Origin: Spirochaetia bacterium
Lineage (GTDB): Bacteria > Spirochaetota > Spirochaetia > SZUA-6 > Bin103
Length of the DNA stretch: 64,000 nucleotides
NCBI GenBank assembly: GCA_965203905.1
Contig: CBDBDQ010000005.1
Location: 1,856,001 to 1,920,000, forward strand
Direction: 5' to 3'
The notes beneath the pieces are model-generated. The model saw only the letters and a list, made by a program, of their open reading frames with translations. It had not been told where the DNA came from and searched no databases. Position numbers and translations under genes: made by a program. Position 1 is the first letter of the stretch; every line of letters begins with the position of its first letter. This document shows positions 11,492 to 20,685 of the stretch, in pieces.

Positions 11492-14400
11492 ATGCGAACT
11501 CTCACGGTCACTGGCGAAAGAACGGAACGATTGCGACTTGCGGTGCCGGCCGCCATCCTGCTTGCGCTGGCGGCGCTGCTCGGTGCGCCGCAGGGCGTGG
11601 CGGCCGAGTCACTGGACCCGGGAACGGTGGTGGCGGCGCAGGTCGAGGAGTCCGAGCCCGCGCCGGTGTTCGACGAGGGCGCCGCGGCAACTCGCCAGGT
11701 GGCCGAGAGCGCGAACGCCGGGGTCCACGTCGGTGGCCCGGTCACCGCTACCGCCGCCGATGACAACGACGCCGCGCTGACCTACTCGCTCAGCGGCGCC
11801 GCCGAGTTCACCATCGACGCGGCCAGCGGACAGATCAGGGTCGCCGGCGGTGCGGCGCTCGACTTCGAGACCAAATCCTCCTACCTGGTGACGGTGGGGG
11901 TCAGCGACGGCAAGGACGCCTCCGGCGACCCCGACGCCGCCATCGACGCCACCATCAGCGTCACCATCGCCGTGACCGACGTGGACGAGCCGCCGCCGGC
12001 GCCGGTCGCGCCTGCCGTGACCCGGCCGGCCAGCGCTCCCGAGACCTCGCTGGATGTGACCTGGACGGCGCCGGACACGACCGGCAGGCCGCCGCTCACC
12101 GACTACGACGTGCGCTATCGGGTGCCGGGCGAGGGCTGGAGCAGCGCGGTGCACGACGGCACCGCCACCACCACGACGCTCACCGGCCTGATCGCGAACA
12201 CCACCTACGAGGTGCAGGTGTCGGCTTCCAACGCCGAGGGCGGCGGCCCGTGGTCGGAGTCCGGATCGGGGACGACCGCGTTGGAGATACTGGAGCCGTC
12301 CCCGGTGTTCGACGAGGGGGACGTCGGTTCACTCCGCCAAGTGGCCGAGAACTCCGCCGCCGGGACCGCGGTGGGTCACCGCGTCACCGCTACCGATACC
12401 AACGACGCCATCCTGACCTACGCGCTCAGCGGGGCCGACGAGTTCACCATCGATGCGTCCAGCGGCCAGGTCAGGGTCGCCAGCGGCGCGGTGCTGGACT
12501 ACGAAGAAAAGGATTCCTACGTGGTGACGGTGAGCGTCAGCGACGGCAAGGACCAACACGGCTACCCCGACCCCGCCACGGACGACACCATCAGCTTCAC
12601 CATAGAGTTGATCGACGAGCTGGAGCCGCCGCCGGCGCTTGCGCTCCTCGTCGTGAGCGCGTCAGCCGCCAATCCCCAGACCTCGCTGGGGGTGGACTGG
12701 TCCGCTCCGGACATGACCGGTCGGCCGCCGCTCAGCGGATACGACGTGCGCTATCGGGTGCAGGGCAGCACCGGCTGGAGCCGCGCCGCGCACGACGGCA
12801 CCGCTACCACCGCGATGCTGGACGGCCTGACCGCGGGCACCACCTACGACGTGCAGGTAAAGGCGATCAACGACGAGGGCAGCAGCCCGTGGACGTCCGT
12901 CACCGCGACGACCGCGGCGGAGGTCACGGAACCGCAGTCGGCTCCGGTGTTCGACGAGGGGGCCGCGACGACGCGCCGGGTGGCCGAGAACACCCCCTGG
13001 GGGCACAGGGTAGGTGACCGCGTAACCGCCACAGACGCCGACGGCGACGCGCTCACCTACGCGCTCAGCGGAGCCGACCAGTTCACTATCGACGCGGCCA
13101 GCGGCCGGATCTACGTGGCGCGGGAGGTGGTGCTGGACTACGAGACGACCACCTCCTACACGGTGACGGTGAGCGTCAGCGACGGGAAGGACCTCGACGG
13201 CAACGCCGACGCCGCCACCGACGCCACCATCAGCGTCACCATCTACGTCACGGACCAAACGGAGAAGCCGCCCCAGCTTGACGGCCCAACGGTAAGTCCG
13301 CGGGCCGACGATGCGGAGACCTCTCTGGACGTGGCCTGGTCCGCTCCGGACATGACCGGCAAGCCGGCCATCACGCGCTACGACCTGCGTTATCGGCCGA
13401 AGACGCCCGACAACGGCTGGAGCACCGCCACGTACGACGACACCCGCACCAGCACCACCCTCACCGGCCTGATTCCGGGCACCACCTATCTGGTGCAGGT
13501 GCGGGCCACCAACGCCGACGGCAGCAGCGAATGGTCGGACCACGGCGAGGGGACGACCGCGGAGGCGAGCACGAACTCCGGGCCCACCAACGTGGAGCCG
13601 AAGTTTCTCGCTAACAATGCGCTACGCACGGTTGCCGAGAACTCCGGCGTGGGGACGGCGGTCGGTGAACCGATTGCCGCCACCGACGCCGACGCCGACA
13701 CGCTGACCTATTCGCTCTCCACGCCGCCCGACTCGAGGGACCCCATGTTTACCATCGACGCGGCCAGTGGCCAGATCAGAGTCGCCAGCGGCGCGGTGCT
13801 GAACTACGAAGACGCAGTCGCTCGCCGCCACAGCATGACGGTCTGGGTGACTGACGGCAAGAGCTCCACCGGCGGCGTCGATGCCAGCGGTGACGTCTCC
13901 ATCGCCGTCATGATCGACGTGTCCGACGAGTTGGAGCCACCGCCCACCCTTGCCGCGCCCTCCGTGACCCCCACCGCCAGCGCCCCCCAGACCTCACTGG
14001 ACGTAACCTGGGTCGCTCCGGACATGACCGGCAAGCCGTCGATCGACACCTTCGACGTGCGCTACCGGGTGCAGGGCCACGCCGCCTGGAGCACCATTTA
14101 CGCCAGCTTCCGGCTCATCGTCGGTGGCGCCGAAGGACAGTTGCGGACAGCAACGCTCGAAGACCTAATCGCGGGCACCACCTACGAAGTGGAGGTTCGG
14201 GCGACCAACGACGAGGGCACCAGCCCGTGGTCGGACGCCGGCACGGGGACCACGGCGGCGGAGGTCAGGGAGTCCAATCCGCCTCCGGTGTTCGACGAGG
14301 GCACCGCGGCATTCCGCCAGGTGGCGGAGGACTCCGGCTCCGGGAGCGCGGTCGGCGAGCCCGTCATCGCGACCGACTCCAACGACGACACGCTGGCCTA

Positions 14401-17400
14401 CTCCCTCGGCGGGGCCGACGAGTTCACGGTGGACGCGGACAGCGGCCAGATCCGGGTTGCCAGCGGCGTGGTGCTGGACTTCGAAGCGCAACCCTCCTAC
14501 ACGGTGACGTTGAGCGTCAGCGACGGGAAAGACCTCGACGGCGACTCCGACGCCACCGCGGACGCGACCATCAGCGTCACCATCGACCTGACCGACGTGA
14601 ACGAGCCGCCGCCGACACCGGCCGCGCCTTTCGTGACCACGCCGAGCAGCGGCGCGCAGACGTCGCTGGACGTGTTCTGGACCGCCCCGGACATGACCGG
14701 CAGGCCGCCGATCACCGACTACGAGGTGCGCTACCGGGTGCAGGGCTCCACCGGCTGGAGCGGCGGGGCGTACCGCGGCATCAGCACCAGCACCACGCTC
14801 ATCGGCCTGTTCGCGGGCGCCACCTACGAGGTGCAGGTACTGGCGAGCAACGCCGAGGGCAGCAGCCCGTGGTCGGCTTCCGGTACGCGGACGACGGTCG
14901 CGGCGCAACAGAAGTCGGGACCCAACGAGGCTCCGAGGTTCGATCAGGGCGCCTCGGTAGTCCGCAAGGTGGCCGAGAACGCCGCGGCCGGGACCGCGCT
15001 CGGTGCCGCCGTGACCGCCTTCGATCCCGACGGCGATACGCTGATCTACTCGCTCAGCGGTTCCGACCAGTTCACCATCTCGGCGGCCGGCGGCCAGATC
15101 AGCGTGGCGCCGGGCGCGGGGCTGGACTTCGAAGCCAACCCCTCCTACACGGTGACGGTGAGCGCCAGCGACGGCAGGGACGACGACGGCGGCGCCGACG
15201 CCACCGCGGACGCCCACGTCAGCGTCAGCATCGAGCTGATCGACGTGGCCGAGTTGCCCACCGCGCCCGCCGCCCCCGTCGTACGCAGGTCGGGCAGCGA
15301 TCCGGAGACCGCGCTGGACGTGAGCTGGGTGGCACCGGACATGAGCGGCAAGCCACCGATCACCGACTACGACGTGCGCTACCGGGCGCAGGGCAGCATC
15401 GGCTGGAGCAACGCCAACCACGACGGCCCCAACCGCAACATTACGCTCAAGGACCTGGCCGCGGGCACGCCCTACGAGGTGCAGGTGCTGGCCAGGAACG
15501 AAGACGGCAGCAGTCCGTGGTCGGCTTCCGGCAGGACGGCGCTCAAGGACTACGAGCCGGCTCCGGCGTTCGACGAGGGGGCCGCGGCAACCCGCCGGGT
15601 GACCGAGAACTCCCGCGCCGGGACCGCGGTCGGCGCGCCGGTCACCGCCACCGACGCCAACGACTCCGCGCTGACCTACTCGCTCAGCGGCGCCTTGGAC
15701 TTCGCCATCGACGCGACCGGCCAGATCAGGGTCGCCAGCGGCGCCGTGATGGACTACGAAGCGCAGCCCTCCTACACGGTGACGGTGAGCGTCAGCGACG
15801 GCAAGGACCGCACCGGCAAGGCCGAAGACGACCCCGCCACCGACGCCAGCATCAGCGTCACCATCGAGGTGCGCGACGTGGACGAGCCGCCGCCGGCGGT
15901 TGGCACGCCGGTCGTGACCAGGCCGGCCGGCTCCGAGACCTCGCTGGACGTAACCTGGACTGCACCGAACATGAGCGGCAAGCCGGAGATCACCGGCTAC
16001 GACGTGCAGTACCGGGAGTCCGACACGACGGCCTGGATGCCGCACGCGTTCAGCGGTACCGGTGTGGAAACCACGATCACGCGGCTCCAGGAGAGCACCC
16101 GCTACGAGGTGCAGGTGCGGGCCAGGAACGACGAGGGCATCGGCCGCTGGTCGCCCATCAAAGCGACGCGGCCGATGGTGCAGATCAGCGGCCCGAGCGA
16201 GACCCAGACGGGGCGCTTCGCGGTCCACTTCACGGTGATGCCGGAAGACGTGGCAGACTTCGATGGCGCAGACGTCGAAGTGACCAACGGCAGCGTGGAG
16301 TCGTTCGAGCACCTCGGAAGGGGGACCTACGTTGCCCGGATCAAGCCGGAGGCAACCGGCACCGTGAGCGTGCGGGTGCCCGCGGGCAGCTTCCACGGCG
16401 ACGGCAAGGCCAACCGGGAGTCGAGTCTGTACCAGGTGGAGGTGGAGGATTCCGTCCCTTCGGTCCCCGCCGAGGTGTCGTTCGCGCTCGAGGAGAACCG
16501 CGCCGGACCGGTAGTCCTGGGTGCGATCACGGACGGCACCCCGCAGGGTGTCGGTGGCTGGACTTACACGATCGCGAGCGGCGCGGCGGGCAAGTTCGAG
16601 ATCGAGGAGGCGACCGGGCGCTTGAGCTACGTAGGGGAGGGCGAGGACTACGAGACACCGCCGTCCAGCTACACCCTGACCGTAACCACGACCAGCGTCA
16701 GCGGCCGCACCGCGTCGACCGTGGTCATGGTCCACGTCGTGAACGTCAACGAACCTCCGCAACCGGTGGGAAAGATCGCGAACTGGGTGATGCACTCCGG
16801 CGCGTCGATCACGTTCAACTCGGAGCCGTACTTCGTGGATCCGGATGGGGATTCCCTCCAATATAAGGCGGACTCGTCCGACCCCGTGGTTGCCACGGTC
16901 CAGACCTCGAGCCCGCCGGTGACGATTACCGCCCAGGCAGAGGGCAGGACGATGGTTACCGTGACGACCTGCGATCCGGCCAACGAGTGCGCAACGCAGG
17001 AGATGGAGGTTCGGGTCCTGGAGGAGAACATCGATTTCATTCCGGACGAGTTGGAGGTAAAGGAGGGCGCGCAGGAGACCTACACCGTCAATCTGCTCGA
17101 CGTGCCGCCGGGCCGGGTGACGATCACCCTGACGAGCGCCGATCCCGGCGCGGCAACGGTCTCACCCGGGCAGTTGACCTTCAACCCGGACAACTGGGAC
17201 ACGGGGCAACCGGTTACCGTTGCGGGCGTGCCGGACGCCGACCATGTCGACGAGACGGTCACCGTCATCCACTCCGCGAGCGGCATGGGTTACCGGGGCA
17301 GCGCCGAGTTCACGGTCACGGTCATGGACGACGACGTAGCGGGCGTAAGGCTCGACCCGACCGCCGTCCGCATGGACGAAGGTGCGCAGCAGTCCTATGA

Positions 17401-20400
17401 GGTCAGCCTGCTCTCGGAGCCGCGGGACGAGGTGACGGTCACCCTGACGAGCCCCGATCCCAAGGCGGTGACGGTCTCACCGGAGCGGTTGATCTTCTAC
17501 TCCGGCAACTGGGACAGGCCGCAACGGGTGACCGTCACGGCCGTGCCGGACGCCGACCATGCCGACGAGACGGTCATCGTCACTCACACCGCACGCGAAA
17601 AAGATTACCAAGAAGAAGAAGAATACAAGGACGCCAAGCTCACGGTCACCGTGGAGGACGACGAGGTGGCAGGCGTGGTGCTGAGCAAGACCGAGGTGCG
17701 CATGCCGGAGGGTGCGCAGGCGTCCTACACCGTCAGTTTGCGCTCGGAGCCGCGGGCCGAGGTGACGGTCACCCTGACGAGTGCCGATACCAATGTGGTG
17801 ACGTTCTCGCCTGCGCAGTTGATCTTCAACCCCGACAACTGGGACACGCCGCAACGGGTGACTGTCACCGGCGTCCATGACGACGACATCGAGCCCGGGG
17901 AGGACCACATCACCCACACCGGACGCGAAAAGGATTACCAAGAAGATTACCAGGGCGCCGAGTTCACGGTCACGGTCGAAGACGACGACGAAGCGGGCGT
18001 AACGCTCAACCCGAGCGCCGTACGCACGGACGAAGGTGGGCAGGAGACGAGCGCCGTACGCACGGACGAAGGCGCGCAGGTGACCTACGCGGTCAGCCTG
18101 CTCTCGGAGCCGCGGGCCGAGGTGACGATCACCCTGACGAGCGCCGATCCCAAGGCAGCGACGGTTTCACCCCTGCAGTTGATCTTCAACCCGGACAACT
18201 GGAACACGCCGCAACTGGTTACCGTCGCGGGCGTGCCTGACGACGACCACGCCGACGAGACGGTCACCGTCATCCACTCCGCGAGCGGCCCGGGTTACCA
18301 GGCCAGCGCCGAGTTCACGGTCACGGTCGAAGACGACGACGTAGCGGGCGTAACGCTCGACCCGAGCGCGGTACGCACGGACGAAGGTGGGCAGGAGTCC
18401 TACACGGTCAGCCTGCTCACCGAGCCGCGGGCCGAGGTGACGGTCACCCTGACGAGCGCCGATCCCAAGGCGGCGACGGTTTCACCCATGCAGTTGAACT
18501 TCAACCGGGACAACTGGAACGCGCCGCAACTGGTTACCGTCACGGGCGTGCCTGACGACGACCATGCCGACGAGACGGTCATCGTCAGCCACACCGCACG
18601 CGGACCGGATTACCAGGGCAGCGCCGAGCTCACGGTCACCGTGGAGGACGACGAGGTGGCAGGCGCGGCGCTGAGCAGGACGGAGGTGCGCCTGGTGGAG
18701 GGCGCGCAGGCGTCCTACACCGTCAGTTTGCTCTCCCAGCCGCCGGGCGAGGTGACGGTTACCGTGACGAGTGCCGATATCAATGTAGTGACGGTCACAC
18801 CTGCGCAGTTGACCTTCTACCCCGGCAACTGGGATCTGCCGCAACGGGTGACTGCCGCCGGCGTCCCTGACGACGACGCCGAGGACGGGGAGGTCGACAT
18901 TACCCACACCGCAAGCGGCCCCGGTTACGACGGCGGCGCCGCGGCAACGGTCACCGCCAGCGTCGAGGACGACGACGAGAAAGGCGTCACCTTCACTCCA
19001 ACCGCGATACGTATCGGCGACGGCACGACGATGCGCGGCTATGGCGTGGTGCTGGACACGGTGCCCAGCGACCGGGTGACGATCGTGCCGGAGAGCGAGG
19101 ACCCCGGCACGCTGCGCGTGACGCCGGAGCGCCTTACCTTCACGCCGGACAACTGGAACCAGCGGCAGTACGTGACCATCACCAGCTCCGAGATCTTCGA
19201 GGACCAGACCGTCCGCGTGCTCCACCAGGTGAGCGGAGCGAACTACGAGGAGATCGCAGCCGCTGCCGTAACGGTCGCCGTGGTCGACGACGAGCGCGCG
19301 CAGCGCAGTCTCCTGGCCGAGCACTGGCTGGCGCGGTTCGGCCGCACCGTAGGCAGCCACGCGGTGGACAACGTGCGCGGGCGCGTCGCAGCGACGTCGG
19401 GCGAGGCGTACGTCACCCTGAACGGGCTCCGCCTGGGCGACCTGCCGAGCGCCGCGTCCGACGCCGCGCCGGCGCCGGTGAGCGTGGCCGGGCCCGCTCC
19501 GTCGCTGCAGCAACTGGCAGGCGCCAGCGCGTTTCAGGCCGAGGGGTTTCGGCCCGGCCTGGTGCTGTGGGGCCGCGGCGCATTCACCGACTTCGAGGAC
19601 CAGCCGACAGACGACCTGGCCCTCAACGGGGACGTGCTCTCGGGCCACCTGGGAGCGGACTACCGGTTCAACCGGCAGTGGCAGGCGGGCGTGGCCGTGT
19701 CCTACACCGGCGGCGCCGGCGACGTCGCCGACCGCGAAGCGTCTGCCGACGCCGACGTGACGTCGTGGCTGGTGAGCGGCTACCCTTACGTGCGCTTCTC
19801 ACCCCTGGACGAGCTGGCGGTCTGGCTTGCGTTGGGCCTGGGCTACGGCGAGATGGAGTTGGACGACGCTCCGAGGCCGGTGCGGCCGGAGATCGCGATG
19901 TACCTGGCAGCCGCGGGCATCGACAGCACGTTGTTGACGGTGCAGCACTTCCGGCTGGCGCTGAGCGCCGACGCCTTTGCCGTGCGCATGGAGTCGTCGG
20001 ACAGTGCGCCGGCGCTGCCGGCACTGAGCGTGGACGTGCAGAGCGTGCGGCTGCTGCTGGAGGGCCATGCCAAATTGGGACTTACGTCGGTCTCGCGGCT
20101 TGAGCCGAGCCTGGAGCTGGGCGCACGTTTCGACGGCAGTGATTCCGAGAACGGCATCGGCGGCGAAGTGGGAGGCGGTCTGGCCTACGTCAACACCGCA
20201 CTCGGCTTGAACGTGGAGGCCCGCGGCCGCTACCTGCTCATGCACCAGGAAAGCGCGCTTCACCAGTGGGGAGCCAGCCTGATGGTGAGCCTGGCACCCG
20301 GCGGGGGTGAGGGGTTGTCGCTGTCGCTGGCACCGGCCTGGGGCGTTGCGGCGAGCGGCGGGGACGCGGCGTTGCACGACGCCGGTCAGGTGGCCGCGTC

Positions 20401-20677
20401 AGACGCCGAAGAGCAGCTCCGTGGCCTGCAGCCGGACCAGATGGACTTGGCCGTGGGCTACGGCGTGAAGGTGGGCGACCGCGGCCTGCTGACGCCGTTC
20501 GGAGAGCTGGGCGTGGCGCGTGAGGCCACGCGGATGCGGGTGGGCCTGCGCCTGGGTGGTGCGGAGTCGCCGGCGGCCGAGGCACCGCTGGAGGTATACG
20601 TCGGACGGGACGCCACCACCCAGGACGCAGCCAACCCGGAGTACCACTTCGGGCTCAACGCATCGATCCGGGCCTGA
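11492..20677 (+). CDS. Giant surface adhesin: signal peptide, about 6 cadherin+FN3 pairs, Ig-like and Calx-beta-like repeats, C-terminal autotransporter-like beta-barrel
   Basis: Repeats PVFDEG..VAEN..LDFE..DVDEPP and W.APD..PPITDYDVRYR..YEVQV.A.N.EG..PWS; LTF.PDNW.TPQ.VTV..DDD repeats; WLARFGRT helix followed by a barrel; start uncertain. Confidence 0.9.
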   Translation: MRTLTVTGERTERLRLAVPAAILLALAALLGAPQGVAAESLDPGTVVAAQVEESEPAPVFDEGAAATRQVAESANAGVHVGGPVTATAADDNDAALTYSLSGAAEFTIDAASGQIRVAGGAALDFETKSSYLVTVGVSDGKDASGDPDAAIDATISVTIAVTDVDEPPPAPVAPAVTRPASAPETSLDVTWTAPDTTGRPPLTDYDVRYRVPGEGWSSAVHDGTATTTTLTGLIANTTYEVQVSASNAEGGGPWSESGSGTTALEILEPSPVFDEGDVGSLRQVAENSAAGTAVGHRVTATDTNDAILTYALSGADEFTIDASSGQVRVASGAVLDYEEKDSYVVTVSVSDGKDQHGYPDPATDDTISFTIELIDELEPPPALALLVVSASAANPQTSLGVDWSAPDMTGRPPLSGYDVRYRVQGSTGWSRAAHDGTATTAMLDGLTAGTTYDVQVKAINDEGSSPWTSVTATTAAEVTEPQSAPVFDEGAATTRRVAENTPWGHRVGDRVTATDADGDALTYALSGADQFTIDAASGRIYVAREVVLDYETTTSYTVTVSVSDGKDLDGNADAATDATISVTIYVTDQTEKPPQLDGPTVSPRADDAETSLDVAWSAPDMTGKPAITRYDLRYRPKTPDNGWSTATYDDTRTSTTLTGLIPGTTYLVQVRATNADGSSEWSDHGEGTTAEASTNSGPTNVEPKFLANNALRTVAENSGVGTAVGEPIAATDADADTLTYSLSTPPDSRDPMFTIDAASGQIRVASGAVLNYEDAVARRHSMTVWVTDGKSSTGGVDASGDVSIAVMIDVSDELEPPPTLAAPSVTPTASAPQTSLDVTWVAPDMTGKPSIDTFDVRYRVQGHAAWSTIYASFRLIVGGAEGQLRTATLEDLIAGTTYEVEVRATNDEGTSPWSDAGTGTTAAEVRESNPPPVFDEGTAAFRQVAEDSGSGSAVGEPVIATDSNDDTLAYSLGGADEFTVDADSGQIRVASGVVLDFEAQPSYTVTLSVSDGKDLDGDSDATADATISVTIDLTDVNEPPPTPAAPFVTTPSSGAQTSLDVFWTAPDMTGRPPITDYEVRYRVQGSTGWSGGAYRGISTSTTLIGLFAGATYEVQVLASNAEGSSPWSASGTRTTVAAQQKSGPNEAPRFDQGASVVRKVAENAAAGTALGAAVTAFDPDGDTLIYSLSGSDQFTISAAGGQISVAPGAGLDFEANPSYTVTVSASDGRDDDGGADATADAHVSVSIELIDVAELPTAPAAPVVRRSGSDPETALDVSWVAPDMSGKPPITDYDVRYRAQGSIGWSNANHDGPNRNITLKDLAAGTPYEVQVLARNEDGSSPWSASGRTALKDYEPAPAFDEGAAATRRVTENSRAGTAVGAPVTATDANDSALTYSLSGALDFAIDATGQIRVASGAVMDYEAQPSYTVTVSVSDGKDRTGKAEDDPATDASISVTIEVRDVDEPPPAVGTPVVTRPAGSETSLDVTWTAPNMSGKPEITGYDVQYRESDTTAWMPHAFSGTGVETTITRLQESTRYEVQVRARNDEGIGRWSPIKATRPMVQISGPSETQTGRFAVHFTVMPEDVADFDGADVEVTNGSVESFEHLGRGTYVARIKPEATGTVSVRVPAGSFHGDGKANRESSLYQVEVEDSVPSVPAEVSFALEENRAGPVVLGAITDGTPQGVGGWTYTIASGAAGKFEIEEATGRLSYVGEGEDYETPPSSYTLTVTTTSVSGRTASTVVMVHVVNVNEPPQPVGKIANWVMHSGASITFNSEPYFVDPDGDSLQYKADSSDPVVATVQTSSPPVTITAQAEGRTMVTVTTCDPANECATQEMEVRVLEENIDFIPDELEVKEGAQETYTVNLLDVPPGRVTITLTSADPGAATVSPGQLTFNPDNWDTGQPVTVAGVPDADHVDETVTVIHSASGMGYRGSAEFTVTVMDDDVAGVRLDPTAVRMDEGAQQSYEVSLLSEPRDEVTVTLTSPDPKAVTVSPERLIFYSGNWDRPQRVTVTAVPDADHADETVIVTHTAREKDYQEEEEYKDAKLTVTVEDDEVAGVVLSKTEVRMPEGAQASYTVSLRSEPRAEVTVTLTSADTNVVTFSPAQLIFNPDNWDTPQRVTVTGVHDDDIEPGEDHITHTGREKDYQEDYQGAEFTVTVEDDDEAGVTLNPSAVRTDEGGQETSAVRTDEGAQVTYAVSLLSEPRAEVTITLTSADPKAATVSPLQLIFNPDNWNTPQLVTVAGVPDDDHADETVTVIHSASGPGYQASAEFTVTVEDDDVAGVTLDPSAVRTDEGGQESYTVSLLTEPRAEVTVTLTSADPKAATVSPMQLNFNRDNWNAPQLVTVTGVPDDDHADETVIVSHTARGPDYQGSAELTVTVEDDEVAGAALSRTEVRLVEGAQASYTVSLLSQPPGEVTVTVTSADINVVTVTPAQLTFYPGNWDLPQRVTAAGVPDDDAEDGEVDITHTASGPGYDGGAAATVTASVEDDDEKGVTFTPTAIRIGDGTTMRGYGVVLDTVPSDRVTIVPESEDPGTLRVTPERLTFTPDNWNQRQYVTITSSEIFEDQTVRVLHQVSGANYEEIAAAAVTVAVVDDERAQRSLLAEHWLARFGRTVGSHAVDNVRGRVAATSGEAYVTLNGLRLGDLPSAASDAAPAPVSVAGPAPSLQQLAGASAFQAEGFRPGLVLWGRGAFTDFEDQPTDDLALNGDVLSGHLGADYRFNRQWQAGVAVSYTGGAGDVADREASADADVTSWLVSGYPYVRFSPLDELAVWLALGLGYGEMELDDAPRPVRPEIAMYLAAAGIDSTLLTVQHFRLALSADAFAVRMESSDSAPALPALSVDVQSVRLLLEGHAKLGLTSVSRLEPSLELGARFDGSDSENGIGGEVGGGLAYVNTALGLNVEARGRYLLMHQESALHQWGASLMVSLAPGGGEGLSLSLAPAWGVAASGGDAALHDAGQVAASDAEEQLRGLQPDQMDLAVGYGVKVGDRGLLTPFGELGVAREATRMRVGLRLGGAESPAAEAPLEVYVGRDATTQDAANPEYHFGLNASIRA

Positions 20678-20685
20678 CGGTTGCC

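Noticed and set aside
14165-16866. Very long alternative-frame and antisense ORFs over the adhesin (and similar ones over htpG, gltA, the kinases and uvrC)
   Set aside because: Shadow ORFs expected from high GC3 codon bias; no recognisable motifs.
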